From: Polyangiaceae bacterium
GTDB taxonomy: Bacteria > Myxococcota_A > Polyangia > Polyangiales > Polyangiaceae
DNA length: 64,000 bases
Assembly (NCBI GenBank): GCA_965222375.1
Contig: CBDCTZ010000015.1
Location: forward strand, 352,001-416,000
Direction of reading: 5' to 3'
In this document: positions 39,241-49,459 of the stretch, piece after piece
Layout: every line of letters begins with the position of its first letter
Numbering within the stretch: the stretch's first letter is position 1
Program-made: the position numbers and the translations under genes
Notes under the pieces: generated by a model
Told to the model about the DNA's origin: nothing
The model's database searches: none
The model's input: only the letters and a program-made list of their open reading frames with translations

Positions 39241-40356
39241 ATGTCGAGAATTGATTCGCAGCAGCTCCAAGCTTTGTATGGCAGGTGTTTGCTGCTCACG
39301 GACGACTGGACCACCAAGCAGCTCGACACGTTGTGCAGCGTGGCCCGCAGGTTGGCCGAGGCCGACCGAGCAGGTCGCTCCACGGCCTTCATTCCCAACG
39401 AGCTCGCCTACGCCGTCTTTTTCGACAACTCCACGCGTACCAAGAGCGCTTGGGCGGGCGCCGCGGCTCGCCTCGGCATGCAGCCGGTGATCGTCGATGG
39501 TTCTTCGACGCAAGTCTCTCACGGGGAGACGGCCGTGGAGACCGGGGCGATGCTCGGCATGAATGCCCACGCCATGGGCGTGCGCCACGATCTGATCCTG
39601 GGCGAGGGTCAGCCCTTCATGCGCGACGTGCGAAAGGGCATCGACGACTACCTCGCCGCGACGGACAATCCCCGAAAGGTCCCCGTCGTCAACCTACAAT
39701 GCGACGTGGACCATCCCACGCAATCCCTCGCCGACCTGCTCCACCTGCGCAGCAAGCTCGGAGACATCCGCGGCAAGAAGATCGCGGTCAGTTGGGCCTA
39801 CTCCCCGAGCTACGCCAAGCCCCTGAGTGTGCCCCAAGGCTTGATCACCCTGCTGACCCGCTTTGGCGCCCACATCAGCTTGGCCCACCCGGATGGCTAC
39901 CGCTTGATGGACAGCTGCCTGGACTCGGCGAAAGCCCACGCCGCGGAATCGGGTGGATCCTTCACGACCACGAGCAGCATGGACGAAGCCTTCGAAGATG
40001 CCGTAGCCGTCTATCCCAAGAGCTGGGGCCCCTACGACTTGATGATGGAGCGAGTCGCCGCCAACCGTGCCAAAGACAAGAGCGCTCTGGCGGAGATCGA
40101 GAAACGGGCCCTCGAGCTCAACGCGAAACACAAGGACTGGATCTGCGACGAGCGCCGTATGAGCCTCACGCAGGAGAGCTCTGCCCTCTACATGCACTGC
40201 TTGCCCGCGGACATCGGCGCGGAAGTCACGCCCGGCGTGATGGCGAAACACACCGTCAACGTCGCTGAAGAAGCAAATTGGAAGGTCTACGTCGTGATGG
40301 CGATGCTTGCGATCGCCAAAGTGAAGGACCTGCCGGCTCGCCTCGCCGAGCTGTGA
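39241..40356 (+). CDS. ygeW: YgeW-type carbamoyltransferase
   Basis: DNSTRT, NLQCDVDHPTQ, WAYSPSYAKPLSVPQG, YPKSW, YMHCLPADI. Confidence 0.9.
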   Translation: MSRIDSQQLQALYGRCLLLTDDWTTKQLDTLCSVARRLAEADRAGRSTAFIPNELAYAVFFDNSTRTKSAWAGAAARLGMQPVIVDGSSTQVSHGETAVETGAMLGMNAHAMGVRHDLILGEGQPFMRDVRKGIDDYLAATDNPRKVPVVNLQCDVDHPTQSLADLLHLRSKLGDIRGKKIAVSWAYSPSYAKPLSVPQGLITLLTRFGAHISLAHPDGYRLMDSCLDSAKAHAAESGGSFTTTSSMDEAFEDAVAVYPKSWGPYDLMMERVAANRAKDKSALAEIEKRALELNAKHKDWICDERRMSLTQESSALYMHCLPADIGAEVTPGVMAKHTVNVAEEANWKVYVVMAMLAIAKVKDLPARLAEL

Positions 40357-40371
40357 AAGTTGGAGTCATTC

Positions 40372-41916
40372 ATGTCTAGCCTCGACCAAAAGATCTTCGA
40401 ACTGTCGGCGAAGTACCGCCCGCTAGCCGCGGAAATTCTCGCAGAGGTCATCCGCGTTCCCGCCGACTACGTGGACAAGTCCCCGGACGAAGGTGGCGAC
40501 CCCCGTTGTGGGCTGTCGAATCACGAGCAGCCGCGCTTGGAGTACCTCAAGCGCCGCATCGTCGAGATCTCTGCGGTGCGCCGCCCCGACGACGTCTTCT
40601 TCGACGACTTCGGCAACTTGGTGTGGCAGGTGGAGGACCCCGACGACGGTATCCCGCGCGCCGACAAGCGCGTCATCTACTTGGATGGCCACAGCGATAC
40701 GGTCCAAGCGCTGCGCCCGGCCTGGCGAGAGAAGACCGGTGGCCTCGACGCCTACGATGGTCTCGTGGACGAAAAGAAGCTCGACCGCGCATTCCTTCGA
40801 CAAGAGCTCGGACATCTGCCGCCCGATGGCGAGTGGGAGCACCTCTTGTTCGGCCGTGGTGCCGCGGACCAACTCAGCGGTGTTGTCTCGGAAGTGATCG
40901 CCACCAAGATCTTGCTCGAGCTCGCAAGTGAAGGCGCGCTCAAAGGCGCCATCGTTCGCGCCTACGCCACGGTTTGCGAAGAGGACAACGACGGCGGCGG
41001 TCCCATGTTCGTCATGCGCGAGGTGCTGCCCAAGGCCGGTCCGGAGTTGATCCCCGACGTGGTGGTGCTCACCGAAGGCACCGGCGACGCCAACAAGGGC
41101 GCCCTGGGGATTTATCGCGGACAACGCGGTCGCATGCAGATCGAGGTGGAAATCGTCGGTCGCAGCTGCCACGGCTCGATGCCCTGGGAAGGCTTGAACC
41201 CCCTCGAGTTCGGCGGCGCGCTGCTCGCGGAAGCGGCGAAGAAGTACGACGCGCGCGAAGGCTTCTTGGACGATCCCTTCTTGGGCCACGGCACCCGCAC
41301 GGCGTCCTGGTCGCAGCTCGACACGCCAAGCGATTGTGCCGTGCCCGAGCGTTTCGTGATTCGCTTCGATCGCCGCCTGACCGTCGGCGAGACCCCCGAG
41401 TCCGCCGTCGCCGACGTGGAAGCACTGGACGCGGTCAAAGCGGCTCGCGACGCGGGCCTGAGCGTCACCGTCTCGGTGCCCACTTACGATCAGGCGACCT
41501 GGAAGGGCTACACCCTGAACAATCCACAGACGTATCTGGGATGGGCCACTCCCGAAGATCACCCGGCGATTACCGCCGCGGTGGCCACCTACGAGCGAGT
41601 GGTGACGCCCAACGTGAAGCCCAGCCCGCGCGGCGGCAAGGGTGCCCTTTCCCCCAAGCCGCGAGTCGATCGCTGGATCTTCTCCACCGATGGGGTGGGC
41701 TTCCCGATCCCAGCTCAGGACAAGTCGATCAACGTTCCGGAGCGCAAGCGCTGGGTGGACTCCGGTCCCACCAAGCACCCGGCGATGTTCGGCTGCGGCC
41801 CCGGTATCGAGCAGAACACCCACAAGATAGGCGAATGCGTCGACCTGCGCGAGCTAGAGCTCGCGGTGGCATTCCTGGCACGCTTCCCCAGCGTCTACGT
41901 CGAACAAAACAGCTGA
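40372..41916 (+). CDS. ygeY: M20 metallohydrolase, YgeY-like
   Basis: DGHSD, GRGAADQ, EEDNDG, YRGQRGR, HGSMPWEG, FSTDG. It lies directly after ygeW. Confidence 0.75.
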   Translation: MSSLDQKIFELSAKYRPLAAEILAEVIRVPADYVDKSPDEGGDPRCGLSNHEQPRLEYLKRRIVEISAVRRPDDVFFDDFGNLVWQVEDPDDGIPRADKRVIYLDGHSDTVQALRPAWREKTGGLDAYDGLVDEKKLDRAFLRQELGHLPPDGEWEHLLFGRGAADQLSGVVSEVIATKILLELASEGALKGAIVRAYATVCEEDNDGGGPMFVMREVLPKAGPELIPDVVVLTEGTGDANKGALGIYRGQRGRMQIEVEIVGRSCHGSMPWEGLNPLEFGGALLAEAAKKYDAREGFLDDPFLGHGTRTASWSQLDTPSDCAVPERFVIRFDRRLTVGETPESAVADVEALDAVKAARDAGLSVTVSVPTYDQATWKGYTLNNPQTYLGWATPEDHPAITAAVATYERVVTPNVKPSPRGGKGALSPKPRVDRWIFSTDGVGFPIPAQDKSINVPERKRWVDSGPTKHPAMFGCGPGIEQNTHKIGECVDLRELELAVAFLARFPSVYVEQNS

Positions 41917-42142
41917 GACTTGGTTGGGTTTGGGGTCGCATCGTTGGGGCGGCGCCAGGGCACTACTCCCGCCTTGGCCCACGCGTGGGCGCTTCCAGCT
42001 AGCTGCGTCGGCGCGCCGCAGTCGGGAGCGAGAGATCCGAACAGACCCAAACCCTCATCCTTCCCAACCTTCCCGCCTTCCTGTTCTCTGTCTGAATCGA
42101 ACGAGTGCGACGCTGGTGGTTTGAACAGGCGCCCTGACTCGA

Positions 42143-43138
42143 TCATTTCGGCCCGGGCGGACGCGGAGCTGCGCAGCCCCAGGCGTCGACCTTCAGGGTG
42201 AGAGTCCGTGAAGGAACGCCGCTCTTGTGGTGATCCACGGTCCAGGTCTTGCCATTCGTCAGCTCGTAGAAGGCGTTGGCGCTGATGGTCTGTTGCACAT
42301 CCATCCACACGGTGTCCCCCACCTTGTTGATCGCAGAGCTGGCCGCGCCCGTGGCAGCACCCGCACCCAGGATGACCCAGCCGTAAGGCGTCGTAGACAG
42401 CGCGCCGCCGACGGCCACGAGGCCATCTCCGATTGCTTTCACGACGGCCTTCGTACCTTCCGGATTGGTGGCGTGGAAGCAGCGGTAGTTGATGCTGAGG
42501 TTGCTCGTGGAACGCACCAGATCTTGTGCGCCCCAGAAGGCGCCCTCGGCTAGCGGGAAGTTGATCGTGAAGTCCTTGCCGGTGACCTTTCGGGCGGCGC
42601 TCACGACGAGCTCCGTGCGGGCACCGTCCTCGGCGACGATGACGCAGTACACGTTCTTCGATGTCTGAATCGCGTCGTGGCGCTCGATCCGGAGTTCGCG
42701 GATCCGCAAACGGAGCTGAGGGTCGAGGCAGTCGTGTTCGCCGGGGGAGAATTTGCTTCCGCAGCTATAGCTGGACCGCTTGTTTCCGCTGCATTCCGCA
42801 AGCGGCTTGGTCGAATCTGGGACCGCGAGGGCACCGGTACAGGTTGGCGCGAGATCGCAAACTGGACACTCGCCGCAATCCGTAGCGCAATTCTCGCAGG
42901 TCTCTTCTGGCGAATCGCAGACCAAGTCGTTGCAGGTGGCGAGGGTATCTGGAGCATCGGGGATGACGATGGCATCGGGGCCCGCGTCGCTGCTGGTTCC
43001 GCCTGCGCCGGCCACGCCCGCTGCTCCGGCGGCTGCCCCACCCGGTGGCGACTCATCGGTAGCCGCAGCACAGCAAATCACCAACCAACCCAGTCCCAGG
43101 AGCGTCATACGTTGCAAGATCATCTTCATGAAGAACAT
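42143..43138 (-). CDS. Hypothetical Cys-rich exported protein / lipoprotein
   Basis: Hydrophobic N-terminus with CC, CNDLVCDSPEETCENCATDCG motif. Start uncertain. Confidence 0.7.
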   Translation of the reverse strand: MFFMKMILQRMTLLGLGWLVICCAAATDESPPGGAAAGAAGVAGAGGTSSDAGPDAIVIPDAPDTLATCNDLVCDSPEETCENCATDCGECPVCDLAPTCTGALAVPDSTKPLAECSGNKRSSYSCGSKFSPGEHDCLDPQLRLRIRELRIERHDAIQTSKNVYCVIVAEDGARTELVVSAARKVTGKDFTINFPLAEGAFWGAQDLVRSTSNLSINYRCFHATNPEGTKAVVKAIGDGLVAVGGALSTTPYGWVILGAGAATGAASSAINKVGDTVWMDVQQTISANAFYELTNGKTWTVDHHKSGVPSRTLTLKVDAWGCAAPRPPGPK

Positions 43139-43317
43139 TCTGACGGTGGAATCTCGCCTCTCGCACTCGCGCCAGACCGGCACCTAAACGAATGTATTTA
43201 TTGAGCAATTTGTCGCTCGCAGGCAACGTGCTCGCGGCCGGGTTGGGTCGCCGAGGATCTTTTCGCGCAACTGATCCGCCGAGCCACCGAAAGGGATACA
43301 TCGCTCGGAGGAACATC

Positions 43318-43875
43318 ATGCGCACTCTCGTCTCGACTTCGTTTTTCAGCTTCTTGGCTCTCACCAGCTTCGCCCTGGGTGGCTGCAGCGTCGCCACCGA
43401 CGCGGAGAGCACGGCCGACACGCCCACAGAGTCGATGGCAAATACTCCCGCCGATCCAGCAGCGGACATGCCCGCCGAGTCCGCTGTGGGCAGCATAGCA
43501 ATCGATACGCTGGCATCCGGGATCGGACAAGCCTGCAGCCAGGACGCGGATTGCGAAAGCGGTAGCTGCGCCGACGGCGTTTGCTGCGCCACCGCCTGCA
43601 ACGGCGAATGCGAGGCCTGCAACGTTCCCGGACAGGTTGGAACCTGCACCCCACACGCAGCAGGCACCGACCCGGAAGGCGAATGCGCCACGCCTGCGTG
43701 TTACGATGGAATGCAAGAGAGCTTCGCCTGCAATGGCGCCAGCTCTTGCGAAGTCACGATTGTTCAGTGCGGCAACTACGCCTGCGGCGAAAACGCCTGC
43801 AACACCGATTGCCAGAGCGATGCGGACTGCGCGGACGGCGCATACTGCTCCGCAGGCAGTTGCGTCAGCGCGTGA
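43318..43875 (+). CDS. Cys-rich lipoprotein
   Basis: RBS GGAGG, lipobox LGGC, C..DADC.SG.C.DGVCC..AC repeats. Confidence 0.8.
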   Translation: MRTLVSTSFFSFLALTSFALGGCSVATDAESTADTPTESMANTPADPAADMPAESAVGSIAIDTLASGIGQACSQDADCESGSCADGVCCATACNGECEACNVPGQVGTCTPHAAGTDPEGECATPACYDGMQESFACNGASSCEVTIVQCGNYACGENACNTDCQSDADCADGAYCSAGSCVSA

Positions 43876-44567
43876 GCCGACTCTGGGCGCGCGGGTGGCG
43901 CAGTTCAAGTCGGCGTCGGGTCGCCGGGAGTAGGCAGCGAGTGCTGCCCGCTCCTCCTGCCACGATGGTTCAGCGGGGATCTTGAATAGCGCCACAAGCG
44001 CCGCACCGCGAATGCGTCAGCCATGTGGTTGACTCAGTCCTCGCGGAGGCTCAGCCTAGTTCACACCGTCACGATCGCGAAGGGCGTTTGCCGCGAGAGG
44101 CTGACCATCGCGGGAGGCAGTCCGGGATTGCCCATTACGATCCGCTCATTGGTTCCCCACGAGGCGGTTTTGGACGGAGCACGGAATAGGTTGGCAGCGC
44201 CGGCGCGGGAGGAGGAGGACGCGTTGGCGCTGCCGACTCTAGGGCTGGCGGGCGCTGGCGGAGGTACCGCCGGTGGCAGCGGATGTTCGAGCGTCAACGG
44301 CGGGTCATAGGCGAGCGACAGCGAGTCCAGGTGTGGCCGGCGGGCGGCGTACGGGGGATCCACTTCGCCAACGGGCTGGCGTTGCTGCTTCTTGGATTGC
44401 TGACGTTGCGCAGACGTCGCGGTGGCAGTCCCGTGTGAGCAAGCATAGGTAACGAGAGGCACAGGGCAGCGCGGCAGCGGCCGGCAATCCGCCCGAGTAC
44501 ATGGCCGTGGCAGGGAGCACCCCGGCTGTTTGACCAGTTGTTTCGTCGTGATAGCCTCAAGCCTTCC

Positions 44568-44880
44568 ATGAGTCGTGGACTCGTACCTTGGATTGCTTTC
44601 CTCGCTCTGAGTTGCGGGTTCCCTGAGAAAAACTTCGTCGCCCCTGCTGGCGTCGCACCGACAGCTCACTGCAAAGGCAGCAGCCGAGCAGCTTGGTATC
44701 CCCTTGCGCACTGCACAAAGGGCGCTGCAGAAACTGTGTGATGTCGGACTGCGCGACGTCGAGCAAGAAGGGCGCAGGTTGTTGTATCATCTGGAAGACA
44801 CCACGTTCTCCGAGCCGACACGACGCCTGGTGCGTGACGAAGACAGCCGCAAGGGTGCCCCCTTGCCGCGGGACGAGTGA
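44568..44880 (+). pseudogene. Chimeric remnant: lipoprotein N-terminus joined out of frame to a winged-HTH C-terminus
   Basis: MSRGLVPWIAFLALSCG from 44568. A second frame, 44662-44880, reads LTAKAAAEQLGIPLRTAQRALQKLCDVG...LLYHLEDTTFSEPT. Confidence 0.55.
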
Positions 44881-45240
44881 GCGGACGAGCACCAACTCGT
44901 GGCCCGGTCAGTCGGACACGGCGCCTCCAGGTGTGAGGAGGTGGGTTCTGGGTCGCATTTCGCATTCGCGACCTTGGCTTCCATGCGCTCAGAGCAGTAG
45001 TAGGCCGTGCCGGTGATGACGGCGGTCGTCGTTTCCTGGGCTCGCCTAAGCAACCGCTGGGCCGGCCCGCACATCCGCTATTTCTGACGCGGACATGGGC
45101 GGTTGGTGGGACTCGAAGTCACTTGGCGCTGGTCGACTTGTGAACACTGGGCCGTGGCGCGCCCACCACGGTGGGATTCGAGCGCTCTTTTCCGTTCGAA
45201 ACTTCGCTGTTGAAGCCACCCATTGGGATACTCTTCGCCG

Positions 45241-45873
45241 GTGCCGACAAGACTGCCCGCGATCATTCAAGACTTCCCGATCCACTACCCGATCATGGCT
45301 TCGGTGGTGTTGGTGAGCCTGCTGGCGTTCGCGATCAAGAAGCTCAAGTATGCGCTGATGCTCAATCCCCACCGCGTGAGCCGCGGTGAAGTGCATCGCC
45401 TGCTCACAGCCGGCTGGGTGCACGGGGACTTCTGGCACCTTTTCATCAACTTATTTGTATTCAACGTGTTTGCTGAACGCGCGCTCAAAACCTTTGGTGC
45501 GCCGGTATTCGTCGTGGTCTACGTGAGCGCGGTCGTGGTGGCGTTCATCCCCACCGCAATCCGCCATCGCAAGCAGCCCAAGTACAACTCCTTGGGAGCG
45601 TCCGGCGCCGTCGCAGCCATCATGCTCAGCGCCATCTTGGTGGATCCCACGTTGAAGCTGCGCCTGCTCCTGCTCCCAATCCCGATGCCCGGAATCGTTT
45701 TCGGGCTGCTCTACATTCTGTACAGCGCTTGGCAGTCTCGCGGCTCCCGCGACAACATCAACCATGACGCACACTTCAGCGGCGCCATCTACGGCGCCCT
45801 GGTCACAGTCGTATGGGCGCCTCAACAAGTGGAGCGCACGGTGCGCACCTTGATTCGCATGCTGCCGATCTAG
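45241..45873 (+). CDS. Rhomboid family intramembrane serine protease
   Basis: HGDFWHLFIN, GASG, INHDAHFSG. Confidence 0.9.
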   Translation: MPTRLPAIIQDFPIHYPIMASVVLVSLLAFAIKKLKYALMLNPHRVSRGEVHRLLTAGWVHGDFWHLFINLFVFNVFAERALKTFGAPVFVVVYVSAVVVAFIPTAIRHRKQPKYNSLGASGAVAAIMLSAILVDPTLKLRLLLLPIPMPGIVFGLLYILYSAWQSRGSRDNINHDAHFSGAIYGALVTVVWAPQQVERTVRTLIRMLPI

Positions 45874-45956
45874 CGGAGCGTCGGAGTTCGCAAGAGGCGG
45901 ACTGGAAACTCGGCTCGAGGACGCTTGGGGTGCTCGGAGGGAGCACCTCCCGACCA

Positions 45957-46520
45957 TCAACCAACAGCGCTCTTCCGGGCGAACGCCTCTCGCACGGTCT
46001 CGCAAGCTTTGCCGGATAGCCGGTCTTGGGTCACCATCCCTATGGTGAGGTCTTCATCCTCGACGAAAGGTACCCGCAACCCGACAAGCCAATCGCCGGC
46101 GCGCTGAATCGCCAAGATTCGGGATCCACCCGGGCTCATGTGATCCGCTTGGTCGAAAGCGATCAGGAGACGTGCGCCGATCTCTTCTATTTCCTCCTGC
46201 GGTATTCTTCCACGACTCCCCACAATGAGACCTCGGGCATCCACCAGGAACGCGGCATGGGCATCTAAGGAGGCCGTGCACCATTCCAGCAATCGTTCCC
46301 ATCCAGGCGAACCCAGCACCTCCTCGGATTCCGGAATCGCCTGGCCGATCTCGGTTGCCACTTCCACCGGTGACTCCACGCCATACAGTTTCGACGGGAC
46401 GAAGCGTACATAGGATTCTGTAGGCGTGGCATCCGAATCGGCAGCCCGGTGAGAGAGGCGGGCGCTGATCGCGCCGGCATCTTGAAGCTCATAACAGTTC
46501 GCGCCGCGGTCGCTCGACAT
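45957..46520 (-). CDS. Roadblock/profilin-like fold protein
   Basis: AFLVDARGLIVG and a beta-hairpin pattern typical of Roadblock/MglB-like folds. It overlaps the ParA 3' end by 32 bp. Confidence 0.55.
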   Translation of the reverse strand: MSSDRGANCYELQDAGAISARLSHRAADSDATPTESYVRFVPSKLYGVESPVEVATEIGQAIPESEEVLGSPGWERLLEWCTASLDAHAAFLVDARGLIVGSRGRIPQEEIEEIGARLLIAFDQADHMSPGGSRILAIQRAGDWLVGLRVPFVEDEDLTIGMVTQDRLSGKACETVREAFARKSAVG

Positions 46521-47304
46521 TGCGTCCCTCCTCTCCCTCCATTTGGGTCAACATCGTTTGCACCTCGCTTGCAAGCAACTCGAAGCGACGTGCTTCGGGA
46601 CAAGGGCGTCCCCCCAAGTATGCCAAGGGCAGCCCCGCTTCGCTCGCAGTTGAAAAGACGTCTGCGCGAGGGATCACCACGTCCATGACGCCGGCAAGAT
46701 CCCGCCACGCTGCAACGAGTACGTTCAAGGACGCTTCTTTGTGACGCTCTACCATCGTGGGTAGAATGCCGAGGAGCTGCAGCCGCGGATTATCGGTTTG
46801 TTTGACGTGCTCGATGACCCGCAGCATTTGACCAATGGTGCGCAATGCAAGCGGTTCACCTTGAACTGGCAAGAGTACGAAATCACTCACATTGAGCGCA
46901 GCGCGAGAAGGCGCGCCTGTCCCCGAAGGAGTGTCGAGAAGCACGAGATCAAACGAGCCTTCGATGCCTCTGAGGACGCCCTCCAACACTCCAGGTTGCA
47001 GCAGAGCTTGTTCGAACTTGAAGGCATCCACAGCGTCCAACCTTCCGCGGGGCAGCAGAGACAGGCTTGCTAGTTTGGTTTCGAGCACCGCATCTTGCGC
47101 GGGAACCTCCTCCATCAACAGATCGGTCAAACCGGCCAGTGCGGTATCACCTTTGCTCAGAGAGTGCCCGATACCTCCTTGGGGATCGAGATCGACGAGC
47201 AGCGTCCGCTGTCCGCGTTCCGCCAGGGCTAGTGCCAGGTTGAGGCTCACGGTGGTCTTGCCTGTGCCACCCTTTTGGCTCGCGATGGCGATGCGCTTGG
47301 TCAT
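46489..47304 (-). CDS. ParA/Soj family ATPase
   Basis: QKGGTGKTT (deviant Walker A), LVDLDPQG, LLDTP, GILPTM. Strong RBS AGGAGG. Confidence 0.92.
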   Translation of the reverse strand: MTKRIAIASQKGGTGKTTVSLNLALALAERGQRTLLVDLDPQGGIGHSLSKGDTALAGLTDLLMEEVPAQDAVLETKLASLSLLPRGRLDAVDAFKFEQALLQPGVLEGVLRGIEGSFDLVLLDTPSGTGAPSRAALNVSDFVLLPVQGEPLALRTIGQMLRVIEHVKQTDNPRLQLLGILPTMVERHKEASLNVLVAAWRDLAGVMDVVIPRADVFSTASEAGLPLAYLGGRPCPEARRFELLASEVQTMLTQMEGEEGRNVERPRRELL

Positions 47305-47318
47305 TCTCCTCACCTCCT

Positions 47319-48317
47319 TCATTCTTCACGGTTTCCGTAGCCGAGCTCATGCAAGCGTTGCAGGTTCGCATTCACTAGCGGATGCTCTGGGTCAATACCG
47401 TGCGCAGCCTCAAAGGCCGCCAAAGCGGTCACAAAGTCCTTCGCCAGGAGCGCACTGACGCCGTGGTCTAGTTGACGGTTGAACGCGTCGTCAACGAGGT
47501 ACTCAGCCCCGGGCGACGCTTCTCCAGTCTCCGTTGGAAAAGCGCCCGCGAGGGCGAACTCCTCGTCGCCGAGCAACTCGGGAACGGATGGGCGGACAGG
47601 GCTAGGTCGATCGCCATCCGTTGAAGAGGCGATGTTCGCATCAACCGACTGCTCGTCGAGCATTCGTGCCGTGTCCATTAGCAGCGCTTCAGCCGTACCT
47701 TCGAGCGTCCGTGCGCCAGGTGGGGACGACAAACTCCGACAGTGCGTTCTTGCGCCATGTCGCCAGGCGACCTGAACGAAGGCGTCAACTCCGATCAGAT
47801 CATCGAAGGTTGCGTTCCAAACCTCACCGGAATGCACGGTAATGGTGCCAACCTTGCCGTCCGGCCACTTTGCTTCAATCAAGACGGAGCGACGCCCCAT
47901 GCTGGCGAGCTGCAAGAAGTCTGGGATCGAAAACGGCTCCTCCGTCTCCGATGCCGAGAGCTTGGCACCGATGGCTTGGCGCAAGTCCTCGAGCGCGACA
48001 GGCTTCTCGAGTACTTCGATATTGGCGTGCTTGGGTATCTGCGCACCGTATGCGTTGAGATAGGCGGAAACGTAGATGATTGGAATCACGAGGCCCCGCT
48101 TTCCCAGCTCTCCGAGCAACTCGATTCCGGTACGGCTGGGCAGGTCGATATCTGAAATGACGATGTCGGGCGGCTCGTGGTCAATGATTTCCAAGGCCTG
48201 GTCGAGACTGCCGGCATCGCGAACTTGGAGTTCGCCAGTCTTCGACAGCCCATGCGCGAGGGAAGCTCTGAGCACAGCCTCGTCTTCAATGATCAACACT
48301 CTTGGCATCGCCGTCAC
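47319..48317 (-). CDS. Response regulator: REC + DUF4388 (PatA-N-like) + C-terminal TPR-like helices
   Basis: IIEDE, VISD, EKP receiver motifs, then FSIPDFLQLASMGRRS...GTITVHSGEVWNA. Confidence 0.85.
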   Translation of the reverse strand: MTAMPRVLIIEDEAVLRASLAHGLSKTGELQVRDAGSLDQALEIIDHEPPDIVISDIDLPSRTGIELLGELGKRGLVIPIIYVSAYLNAYGAQIPKHANIEVLEKPVALEDLRQAIGAKLSASETEEPFSIPDFLQLASMGRRSVLIEAKWPDGKVGTITVHSGEVWNATFDDLIGVDAFVQVAWRHGARTHCRSLSSPPGARTLEGTAEALLMDTARMLDEQSVDANIASSTDGDRPSPVRPSVPELLGDEEFALAGAFPTETGEASPGAEYLVDDAFNRQLDHGVSALLAKDFVTALAAFEAAHGIDPEHPLVNANLQRLHELGYGNREE

Positions 48318-49072
48318 CGCGTCGGTAGCTCGTAGCTGTCATCGATCAGGTCGATTCCACACGGAAGGTCGGCGCACCAATCGATGAAGCGGTGGCACAT
48401 TTCCGGACCTTTGAACAACGCACCGTGTTGAGGTGCGATCACCTCGATGTCGAGTCGCTTCACCATGGTGGCCCAGGCACGCATAGCCCGGTTCCCAGTC
48501 ATGTAGCGCTCGTGAAACCCTTGCATGCTAGGCAAGTGCTCATCGAAGTCGGTCACCTCGCGGTAGCCGATGCCCACCGAGGCCCCCAGGTCGCCGCTGT
48601 AGAGGATCTGAGCCGTCGGATCGTAGACCTGGAAGTTCCCAGCCGAATGGAGAAAGTGGGCGGGCAAGATCATAAGCTCCGACCCGCCTAGGTCGAGGAC
48701 CATGCCGTCGTCGTCGATCCCCTTCAGACGGTGCTCTACGAGGTGATCTAGACCGAAATGGGGAATGAACCGCAGCCACAACTTGGAAGCGTAAGCTTCG
48801 GCGTCAGTAGTCATCAGCCAGCCGTTCGCAGCGGCAACGACATCTGGATCTTGGTGGGAAAGGAACAAGTATCGCAGCTGGGCGTGTCCTAGCTGCTCCC
48901 GCGTCTCAGCAAACACTGGCGTAAATACCTTGTGGCCACCAGGGTCGAGGAGGAGCGCTGACTCACCGTGAACGATAAGGTGTTGGTTCGCTTGCACGGC
49001 CTGGTCGCTGCTGAAGTCCTCCAACAGCATATTCTTGTGATTTCCATTATCGAAAAGCGTCAAAGTCGACAT
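48314..49072 (-). CDS. Stand-alone MBL-fold di-iron protein (ODP, oxygen-binding di-iron protein-like)
   Basis: SHQDPD, AHFLHSAGN, SGDLG, APQHG. 252 aa with no flavodoxin domain. Confidence 0.82.
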   Translation of the reverse strand: MSTLTLFDNGNHKNMLLEDFSSDQAVQANQHLIVHGESALLLDPGGHKVFTPVFAETREQLGHAQLRYLFLSHQDPDVVAAANGWLMTTDAEAYASKLWLRFIPHFGLDHLVEHRLKGIDDDGMVLDLGGSELMILPAHFLHSAGNFQVYDPTAQILYSGDLGASVGIGYREVTDFDEHLPSMQGFHERYMTGNRAMRAWATMVKRLDIEVIAPQHGALFKGPEMCHRFIDWCADLPCGIDLIDDSYELPTR

Positions 49073-49093
49073 CTCCCAGCTCCTTCCTGGCAA

Positions 49094-49459
49094 TCACAGA
49101 ACGTCGTTGATCTCGCGCACGGCGCGGGACATGTCGAGGAACACCAGGCCGAGCTTCGCCTCCCGCGTGGCAAGAACCAAAAGCATGGTCCCTTGCGCGG
49201 CTCGAACCATCACGCTGTACCCACTGTCACCGCGAACCAGCACCTGTTGAAGGTCCCCGCGGCCAAGCTCCACAGCCGCACGGGTCCCCAAGCTGAGCAG
49301 AGTGGAGCTCATTCCTGCCACACGCATCTCCTCGACATGCTGTGGCAGTGCACTGGCAATCATCAGACCATCGTCTGAAATGAGTGCGCTCGCTTCAATA
49401 TCGGGAGTCCCCGATTGCAAAGACCGCAGAACTCTATTCAACTCGTCGACTTTGACCAT
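49094..49459 (-). CDS. Roadblock/LC7 (MglB-like) protein
   Basis: 121 aa, ALISDDGLMIAS...LGLVFLDM. Confidence 0.92.
   Translation of the reverse strand: MVKVDELNRVLRSLQSGTPDIEASALISDDGLMIASALPQHVEEMRVAGMSSTLLSLGTRAAVELGRGDLQQVLVRGDSGYSVMVRAAQGTMLLVLATREAKLGLVFLDMSRAVREINDVL

Noticed and set aside
40423..41823. Long antisense ORFs (466 aa here; also 35834-36898, 3244-4242, 59307-60308)
   Set aside because: They are shadows of well-supported genes on the opposite strand, expected at high GC, and carry no motifs.
46489..47304. ParA as evidence of a plasmid, prophage or chromosome partition locus
   Set aside because: No parB, rep, integrase or phage genes. It is embedded in a signalling operon.
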